Below are positions 54,700 to 64,000 of a stretch of DNA of 64,000 nt, piece by piece. Under the pieces are notes generated by a model. That model did not search any database. It was not told where the DNA came from and was given only the letters and a program-made list of their open reading frames with translations. The translations under genes and the position numbers were made by a program. The first letter of the stretch is position 1; the number at the start of each line of letters is the position of its first letter. The stretch is from Octopus vulgaris. Taxonomy: Eukaryota. The stretch lies in assembly GCA_951406725.2 (NCBI GenBank), contig OX597822.1:47616001-47680000 (forward strand), in the 5' to 3' direction.

Positions 54700-55223
54700 T
54701 TTTAGCACAAGGCCAGCAAGTTCAGGACGGGATAAGTCAATTACATCGACCCCAGTACACGATTGGTGTTTATTTTATCCCCCCCCTCGGGTACAATTTG
54801 ACCTCGGCAGCATTTGAACTCAGAATTTTCCCCCGTGCGGTAACCACTCTACCAACTCAGGAATGATAATAATAACGATATATCTTTTACCGGTTTCAGT
54901 CATTGGACTCTGGCTATGCTGGAGCACCGCCTTAATGGGTTTAGTCGAACAGATCAATCTCTTTTGTAGAACCGTTAAATTCGGGGACGTAAACAAACCG
55001 ACATTGGTTGTCAAACGTTGGTAGGGGAGAGAAACACAAAGACATACATACATTCACACAAACATATATATATATATATGATGGGCTTCCATACAGTTTC
55101 CATCGGCCCGAGGGTATAGTAGAAGACACTTACTCAAAAGGTGCCGTGCAATGGGACCGAACCCGAAACGTGGTTGCAAAGCGTGCTTAACCACACAGCC
55201 ATGCTTGCGCGCGCGTGCACGCG

Positions 55224-55257
<34 letters not shown>

Positions 55258-55645
55258 TGTGTGTGTACATCAATATTGAAGCCGCTTATTGTGATTACTT
55301 TGGAACGAATCCTTTCCGATAACAATACCTGGCTAATGATATTCAACAAATAAAGTAATTGGGGACTAATCTTACTGATAACTTTATCCGTAATTATAAG
55401 CGGTTTTCGTTGTACGTATGTTTCACTCCTGTCCACTTTCACAGCGATTACATTTCCAACCACTCCTATTAAAATTACTTTGCTACGTGTGCGTATGCGA
55501 ACTCGTTTCTGTATCTAATTCAGGAAACTTTAAATATTTATCTATGTATACTAACCGACTTTGCTGGTCACATAACATTACAATTTCACATAACATTACA
55601 ATTTCACATTCTCATCTCATGGAAACAGCAGCCAATTCTCTTCCC

Positions 55646-56097
55646 GGAACTTTTTGCTTATCTCACCCCCATTAAAAAATTGGGTTATCTCCCCCTCATT
55701 TTACGAGAAATATCGGTGCTTTTGGCTATCTCCTTCAACTAAAAAAATTGTTTAACCCTCAAAAAAAAAAAAAAAAGCGGAAAAATTACTAAACATAAAA
55801 AGTGAAACGATGAAACATCGTTTTGAATCTGATAATATTTTTTATAACAAATCATATAAAACTGCAAAAAATTAAGCATCTTATTCAATCTGATAACATT
55901 TTAATATCTTAATCAATCTGATAACATTTTATAACAAATCATTCCATGCTTATTGAGGAGACCAAACGTCAACAATGTGTTGAAGTATTGAATCAAAAAG
56001 ATCTCTTTTAATCCAATCTCTTGTCGCCACATTAACTTGATTTTTTAGTGGGGAGATAACCCAATTTTTAATGGGGGTGAGATAACCAAAAAGTACC
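55646..56097. mobile_element. Second GG-terminated MITE family with about 50-bp TIRs (Merlin-like)
   Basis: GGAACTTTTTGCTTATCTCACCCCCATTAAAAAATTGGGTTATCTCCCC is inverted at the right end. TSD CTCTTCCC/CTCCTCCC. Internal AATCTGATAA occurs three times. Confidence 0.85.
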
Positions 56098-56397
56098 CTC
56101 CTCCCTTCATCTCACACTCTACACTTTATCACAAAAATCACACCTTATTAGAAAAAAGACGGGTTACATTAAGCTCTGTGATGAAACCGTAGGAGGCTAG
56201 AAAGAAGATGAATAAACTATATTAAACATTAGTCCACTTGTGTGTTCGTCTGGTTGTCCACTGAACAGCCTGTTTGTTTGTACACTCAGGTATTTGCTTT
56301 TTTTTTTCATATAATGTCTTACTTCGCTCTTACGTCATACATACATCTTTCTGCTTGTCTTAACTATCTACCTTTCTGCATGTTTTGTGTATTTGTC

Positions 56398-56778
56398 GTG
56401 GAGGTGCCCAGTGGTTAGGGCAGCGGACTCGCGGGCGGTTGTAGGATCGCGGTTTCGATTCCCAGACCGGGCCTTGTGAGTGTTTATTAAGCGAAAGCAC
56501 CTAAATCTTCACGAAGCTCCGGCAGTGGGTGGTGGCAGACTCTGCTGTAATCTTTCACCACAACTTTCTCTCACTCTTTCTTCCTGTTTATGTTGTACCT
56601 GCATTTCGAAGGGCCAACTTTGTCACACCCTGTGTCACATCGAATCTCCTCGAGAACTACGTTAAAGGTACACGTGTCTGTGGAGTGCTCAGCCACTTGC
56701 ACGTTAATTTCACGAGCAGGCTGTTCCGTTGATCGGATCAATTGGAACCCTCGTTATCGTAACCGACGGAGTGCCACG
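56398..56778 (+). mobile_element. Family D SINE, tail variant 2
   Basis: tRNA-like head. Tail ends GGAACCCTCGTTATCGTAACCGACGGAGTGCCAC. A minus-strand copy lies at 60037-60353. Confidence 0.85.
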
Positions 56779-56791
56779 ATCTATCTATCTA

Positions 56792-56876
<85 letters not shown>

Positions 56877-56991
56877 TTGTCTGTCTCTCTGTCTGTCTAT
56901 CTTTCTATCTTTCTATCTATCTCTATCTATATGTCTATCTGTCAATCTATCTGTCTCATCCTCTCTTCCTTCTTCTCTCCTCTTCCTTGTC

Positions 56992-57035
<44 letters not shown>

Positions 57036-60001
57036 TCTCTCTCCTGTTATTTTGCTGTCATTTGAGCTGATCACCACCTATTTGCCTGTCCGTATATTTC
57101 GTTTTCTCCTGTCTCTTCTCTGCGTCATTAGAACGAGGGTGGGGAAGTGTCTGTTTGGTTAATCGATCTTCTAGAAATAATAATCAAAGCTTTCGCAAAC
57201 CACACCTTACCCTCCTAAAAGAAAAGACACATTAGATAATTCCTACGAACATTATTCCTAGAGTTCCTCATTCTTGGGTAGGCGGAGTTGGTGGAGGAGG
57301 GCGAGATTGAAAAAGGAGCTGAGAATTCCCGTCTTTTATCTTTTACTTATTTCAAACGTTGAATTGCCGCCATGCTGAGACACTATCTTGACGAGTTTTA
57401 GTTGAACAGATCAACCCCAGTAATTATTAAGTCTGGCACTTATTCTATCGGTCGCTTTTGTCGAACTGTCAAGTTATGGGAACATAAATAAACCAACACC
57501 GGTTATCAAGCGAGGCATGTGTGTGTGTGGGAGAGTGACAAATACAAACACAAACACACATACATACGATAGGCTTCCACACAGTTTCCGTCTATCAAAT
57601 TCACTCGGAAGGCTTCGGTCAGCCAGAAGCTATCGTAGAAGACACTTGCCCAAGGTGCCGCATGCTGAGATTGAACCCAAGACTACATGGTTTGGAAGCA
57701 AGCTTCTTAACTCCATAGCCACCCTTGTTTTGAACTTTTCAAACTTGCCCAACACCACGGAGAATATAGGAGGATTGTTGGTACAACTTTAGCGTGCTGT
57801 CTCTCGCCATATCCTTATTCCATGCCGTGAAATGACGACCTGATATGGATTAGGGTTTAGAGTTAGGATTTAGGGCTAGGGTTAGTTGGCGCGCTAATGG
57901 CGAAGTTAGACCGCTCAGGAAAAAGACAAACACTCACGCGTACGCCCCTCCCCCATATTTGGAGGGGAACTTGACTTTGTCAGTTTGATAGATACTGGCT
58001 TAGATCGTAGGTTTACTCGAACAGTGTTTGGCTTAGTGTAGAAAAACAACAGTAGCCAATTAATCACTGTTTATCTCTGTTATCTTGACACGAAAACAAT
58101 GGAAAACAGAAAAATTCAGTTTGATGTCACCCCTCCTCTGCTTTCTCCTATTTCGTTACGTAACTACAAAAAATATTTGACCTAATAATTCTTTTTAATT
58201 TTTGGCACAACGACAACTATTTTGAAGGGGGGGGGGTTAAGTCGATTAAATCGACCACCAGTGTTCATCTGGTATTTATCTTATCGACCCCGAAAGGATG
58301 AAAGGCAAAGTCGACTCAGAGCGTACAAGCAGAAGGAATGCTGCTAAACATTATCTGACGCGCTGACGTTTCTGCCAGCTCGCTGCCTTCGTATTTGACC
58401 CCATAATTAAACATTGACCCAAAGTAAGCTTAAAATAGAATTAACAGAAACATTTTTTTCTCTGCGCAATGAATCCCATATTTAAATTTACTAAGGCGGC
58501 GATCTGGCAGAACCGTTAGCACATCAGGCAAAATTCTTAGCGGCATTTCGTTCTTTTTCACGTCCTGAGTTCAAATTCCGCCGAGGTCGGCTTTGCCTTT
58601 CTTCCTTCCAGAGTCGATAAAATATGCACCACTTGAGCGCTGAAGTCGATGTAATTGCTGACCTTGTGCCAAAATTTGAAACCATTATTTAAATTTATTT
58701 CATTTCTGTTTTTCTCAGCCATTAACATAAAATATATTTTTTTATGTACCAAAAGGGAACCCTCTATATGGTCACTAGATGCGCTCGAAACAGAAATCGG
58801 ATCGTCATTCAAGCCACGCCTTTCGTCTTAAAAACGATCACGTGGGATAATGTAGTCCGGGGTTCGCTGTTCCTGAAAAAGAATGAAATGGTCGCGTAGA
58901 CACCACTGAGCTCCATTGTTTCTATGTACAAGTGGAGTGTGGACATTTCGGACTGTGTGGCACTGGATAGACAGTGATTGGTGGTAGGGAATAAGTAATT
59001 CACAAAATGGAATGTTTTTAATGGCAGGGCTGGGAGGATTTCATCGTCAGGTTTGTTGAATCAGGGATATCTTGAAGCAACAAACAATGTGTGTGTATGC
59101 ATAGGCATCTGTTTTTAGGTGCGTGTGTGTGTGTGTGTGTGTGTGCGTGCGTGCATGCGTGTTGGAAAAGCACTAGAGTTAATTTATAAGAGGAAAAAAA
59201 TCCTTTCTAAATATGTGAAGAAGGATTCCAGAAATGGGCGTTGTATGTATGTATCAGTATCTGTCTAGGAATTTATTGTACTGCCTGTACCCTAAAATGC
59301 CGAGCATTCTACATCGAACCCACTTCATCTATTTTAAAATAAATCCTGGAGGCAGGATAGCTGTGTGGCGAAGAAACTCGCTTTGCAACCGTGTGGTTTT
59401 GGGTTCGGTTCCACCGAGTGACACCTTCGGTGAATATTTTCCAATATTATCTAGAGCTGACCAATGCCTTGTCAGTGAATTTGGTAGGTAGGAACAGTGC
59501 GTAAGTCCGTTGTGTGTGTGTGTGTTTCTGGGATAGCCTTATGACCGGTGTTGGTTTGTTTACGTCCCCGTAAATTAGCGATTCGGCGAAACCAAGTGAC
59601 AGACTTAGAAATAAATACTGGGGTCAGTTTGCTCGACTAAACTGAACCCTTCAATGGTCGTAGTTCAGTGTCCGAAGCAATTAAAAGATGAATGATGCAT
59701 ATTTATATATATTTAGTGCTTATTTCATTTGTCAGCCGTAGATTTTTGATGAATCTGTTTACTCATCAAATTAATGCTGTTTTGATGATATGGATGGTGA
59801 TGATAATGTTTATATTTTGTATGTAAAAGCAGCTGTAGGAATGAAATGCTGAAATATAGGCGAAGGTGTGGCTGTGTAGTAAGAAGTTTGTTTCCAGAAC
59901 ACATGGTTCCGGCTTCATTCCCATTGCATGGCACCTTGGGATAGTGTATTCTACTATCCCCTCGGGGCGACTTATAGGAAACACACTGAAAGAAGCCTGT
60001 C

Positions 60002-60036
<35 letters not shown>

Positions 60037-60037
<1 letters not shown>

Positions 60038-60353
60038 TGGCACTCCGTCGGTTAAGACGACGAGGTTTCCAGTTGACCCGATCAACGGAACAGCCTGCTC
60101 GTGAAATTAACGTGCAAGTGGCTGAGCACTCCTCAGACACGTGTGCCCTTAACGTAGTTCTCGAGGAGATTTAGCGTGACAGAGTGTGGCAAGGCTGGCC
60201 CTTTGGAATACTGGTACAACAGAAACAGGAAGAGTGAGAGAAAGTTGTGGCGAAAGAGTACAGTAGGGTTTGCCAACACTCACAACGCCCGGTCTAGGAA
60301 TGGAAACCGCGATCCTACGACCGTTGCCCTAACTACTGGGCCATTGCGCCTCC
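60037..60353 (-). mobile_element. Family D SINE
   Basis: Reverse complement of the 56398-56778 type with an internal deletion. Confidence 0.85.
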
Positions 60354-60486
60354 ACACACATAAATTAACAGAATGAGATAAAAAAAAAATCCAAGGCAGT
60401 GAAAGTTTTCAGAATATTTATAAAGAGAAGGTCTTACAGCTGTTTCCGGGATATTTTATATATTCGAAGGGATGTATATATATATA

Positions 60487-61893
60487 GCTCCTTCCCTGAC
60501 CCTACCTCCCAACCCGGCTCGTTCCCCTGCTCCCGCCCACGTTGCCGCACTTGCCCTTACCTCTCCAACACCACCCGCCTCACTAGCACCCACCATCGAC
60601 CCTATCCCATCATCCACTCCTTCACCTGCACCTCCAGCAATATTATCTATTGCATCTCTTGCTCTCTCTGCAATTCCTTGTACATCGGACAAACGGGACG
60701 CCGCTTGGCTGACCGGTTCGCGGAACACCTTCGTGACATCCACCTTGCGAACGACACACCGGTCTCACGCCATTTCCGCTCCACCGGTCACTCCTTGCAA
60801 CACCTATCTGTGTTCGGTTTGTCCTTACACAGAGGCCATCCGGATTCCCGTTTGCGCCGTGAACAGGAATTAATCTTCTCTCTTCGCTCTTATACGCCAT
60901 TTGGTCTCAACTCTAACCCCCCTCTCCCCCCTCCTCACCTATCCTTTCTCCCCCCGACCCCTACTTCTTCAGTCCTTCATCCTTTCACCCCTACTCCCCT
61001 TCCCTTCTTCCCTCTTTCTCCCTCTCTCTTCCCCTTCCCTCTTTCTCCCTCTCTCTTCCCCTTCCCTCTGCTCCCTCACTCCCTCTCTCCCCTTCTATCT
61101 CCCCCTCTCCCTCTTTCCTCCTTCATCCCCCTCCTCCCCTTCCTTCTCCCCCATCCTCTCCTCTTCCCCCTTCTCCTCCCCCTCTTCTTCCCCTCCCCAT
61201 TCTCCCCCTCTTCTCCCCCTCCCCCTCTTCTCCTCACTACACCACATGACTTTACACATCACATCACATATGATGTGCCATACTAATACACACACCAACT
61301 AATACATACTAATACGTACTAATACATACTAGTACATACTAATACTTACACCAACCCTATACATACACACGTCCAGACCCCGCATACGCACTTATACTCT
61401 CACACACACACACACACACCTATACATACCAATACGTACTAATACATACTAATACATACACCAACCCCATACATACGCACGTCCAGACCAATCCTACGCA
61501 CTAATACTCTCTCATACCCACACACACACACACACACACCCTTATACATACTAATACATACACCAATCCTATACATACGCACATCCAGACCCCTCCCACG
61601 CACTTTTAGCTGGTCCCTCAACCCTCAACCCTATTATCTCCCCTTATTTCGCTCTCGCGTCTCATGTTTGATCTTTGACCTCTGGCCGAAATCAGATCGC
61701 CATGTTGATTCGTTAGCTACTGCACGCATTTTTTTTCTCTCCTTCTTTCTGTGTTTTTCTTTCTCTGTGTATCTTTCTGTTGAAGAGCGTAGGCTCGAAA
61801 CGTTAAAGACTTGTTTTATTTATATTTCCTGAGCGCCATACTAATACAATTGTTCGTTTGTTTTCCACCTGCCTTCGTCATAAAGCTTCCCGT
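60487..61893 (+). mobile_element. 5'-truncated Penelope-like retroelement (Neptune-type): GIY-YIG endonuclease and 3' region
   Basis: Stop-free CSRPRCRTC linker, FTCTSSNIIYCISCSLCNSLYIGQTGRRLADRFAEH, VSRHF, RLRREQELIFSLRSYTPFGLN (about 60490-60915). (TA)n on both sides. Confidence 0.92.
61772..61809 (+). ncRNA. Minimal type I hammerhead-like motif at the 3' end of the Penelope-like element
   Basis: TCTTT-CTGTTGA-A-GAGC-GTAG-GCTC-GAAA-CGTT-AAAGA. Stems I and II pair perfectly, stem III is the palindrome AACGTT, and core A6 is replaced by T. Confidence 0.6.
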
Positions 61894-62164
61894 TATATAT
61901 ATATATATATATATATAATATTCCGGAAACAGCTGTAAGACATCTTTATAAATGTTCTGAGAACTTTCACAGCCTTGGATTTTTTAATCTCATTGTTAAT
62001 TTTAATATATATGCTCGCTAATATATGACCTGCGTTGGACTCCTCATTCGTATCATTATTGAACCTGGGAGCTTAACTATAGTCTGTCCATAGCACTTAC
62101 TCAGCATTACCTGACACCTTTGGGTCTTCTTGACACCAATACCTCTCACACCCTTGATTTTATA

Positions 62165-62209
<45 letters not shown>

Positions 62210-62595
62210 CAAATATGCTAAAAAAACAGCCGTCCCCATTTGTAAAACTACAAAGTGGACGGCAGATGTCTCAGTATCAACTGATTTCACTTCCTGTGCC
62301 GAATTGACACTTAAAGCTCATTAGCTGGGCTTACTATGTAAACTATTTTAAAAAATACATTTACCATTCCGTGAGCGCCTGTTCAGCTGAACAGTGTCTT
62401 TCAAACGAACATTAGCGAGCAAGTATAAATTCAAAATTCAAATAAATTATTATTATCTTTAAAAAAAATAATGATAATGTGGCCAGCAAACATAATCCAA
62501 ATAAAATCAAGGTACAATTTGCTGGTCACCTTATCATTACTTTTTTTTAAAATAATAATAATTGATTTGAAAATATATATATATATATACATGCA

Positions 62596-62900
62596 GGCGC
62601 AGGAGTGGCTGTGTGGTAAGTAGCTTGCTTACCAACCACATGGTTCCGGGTTCAGTCCCACCGCGTGGCACCTTTGGCAAGTGTCTTCTACTATAGCTTC
62701 GGGCCGACCAAAGCCTTGTGAGTGGATTTGGTAGACGAAAATTGAAAAAACTCGTCGTATATATGTGTGTGTTTGTGTCTGTGTTTGTCCTCCCAACATC
62801 GTTTGACAACCGATGCTGGTGTGTTCACGTCCCCGTAACTTAGCGGTTCGGCAAAAAAGAACGATAGAATAAGTACTAGGCTTCGAAAGAATAAGTCCTA
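62596..62900 (+). mobile_element. Family A SINE (young, 3' end missing); about 20 copies or fragments in the window
   Basis: GGCGCAGGAGTGGCTGTGTGGTAAG A box, GGGTTCAGTCCC B box, CCTTTGGCAAGTGTCT core. Confidence 0.9.
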
Positions 62901-63620
62901 GGTGGATGAGGAATTTTTTCCCAACCAAGCTCTTCGATCTTCTGTGATGTGATCTTTGCAGAGTGGGGTCGCACATTGTCCTGATGAAACATCACTCCTT
63001 TTCAATTCGCTAATGCGGGTCTATTTTTCTTAAATGCTTGGTTCAAACGCTCTAATTGCTGACAATAGACTTGAACATTGATTGTTGCATTAGGTGGTAA
63101 CATTTCAGAGTGAATTGCTCCTTTACAATCCCACCAGATAGAGAGAAGGACCTTTTTTTCCATGAATTTTCCTTCTCGGTTGTGGTTGAACTTTTTCCTT
63201 TTTTCCAAACCACTGTTTACGACGTTTAACATTTCAATACAGGATCCATTTTTCATCACCAGTCACAAAGTCATTCGTGAGAATGGAGAGAAGAGCAGAT
63301 GTCAACTCGATATTTGCGGTTGCTTTCGGACAATTCATGAGGCACTCATTTTCCAAGTTTAGGAACCTTTCCAAGTTGTTAAAGATGACGATGAACAGTT
63401 GTATGGTTTGAACTTTGCTTTACTGCCAAATTTTCAACTGATAATGCAGGATTTTCTTCAAGTAATGCCTCAAGGAGCTTATCATCAAACTCAATTGGAT
63501 GTCCTGTTCGATCTTCATCTTCAAGGCTGAAATCTCCACTTCTGAATTTTGCAAACCATCTTCTGCAAGTTCTTTCATTCAAGCATTCTTTCCCATAATG
63601 ATCTGCGTACAATCGCCATT
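62901..63620 (-). pseudogene. mariner transposase fragment
   Basis: YGKECLNERTCRRWFAKFRSGDFSLED, *VPHELS, VTGDEKW, LLSIWWD, FHQDNVRPH, LGWEKIPHPP. Cut off by the SINE just before YSPD. Confidence 0.93.
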
Positions 63621-63749
63621 AACAACGTTCACTCTGCTCGTTCTTCTTCCTTAGTCTTCTACATTCATTCACTTGTGACCTAGACATCGATAACATCCTC
63701 CATTGCGGACATGTCACACTTGTCTGTTTCAGTGCTACAAAGTCTGCTG

Positions 63750-63921
<172 letters not shown>

Positions 63922-64000
63922 TTTGCACCTTTTGTAGTTTATTGTGTCAAGACACACAAAAATAATAGCCAATCAACAAATACAAACAAGTAATTTACGT

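Larger units (their letters stand above)
60362..62002. repeat. About 90-bp inverted repeats (60362-60455 and 61917-62002) bracketing the Penelope-like element
   Basis: AAATTAAC...ATCCAAGGCAGTGAAAGTTTTCAGAATATTTATAAAGA...GTCTTACAGCTGTTTCCGG is mirrored at the right. Confidence 0.88.

Noticed and set aside
60916-61286. Pro/Leu/Ser-rich C-terminal extension of the GIY-YIG ORF
   Set aside because: A polypyrimidine tract that cannot contain stop codons, so there is no evidence it is functional protein.

Overview
AT-rich, repeat-dominated animal genomic DNA, not prokaryotic. The mix of tRNA-derived SINEs, very long (TA)n/(CA)n tracts and Penelope-like relics suggests an octopus or other coleoid cephalopod (inference; no database search was run). 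The one recognisable host gene is a large + strand coding exon of an MSL1 homologue (about 20780-22697). It encodes a long low-complexity N-terminus ending in the MSL1 coiled coil and is followed by a GT donor. Its reading frame is broken at a C9 run, and I found no later exon in the remaining 41 kb. The rest is nested mobile DNA: four modular SINE families, decayed Tc1, mariner and Tigger/pogo transposases, hAT, Tigger, piggyBac-like and GG-terminated 8-bp-TSD (Merlin-like) MITEs, Helitron/Helentron non-autonomous elements, a possible Gypsy 5' end, and Penelope-like fragments (RT relic, open GIY-YIG domain, hammerhead-like motifs, fold-back repeats). Most predicted ORFs are microsatellite or SINE artefacts. 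Repeat boundaries are approximate unless a TSD or TIR is cited.
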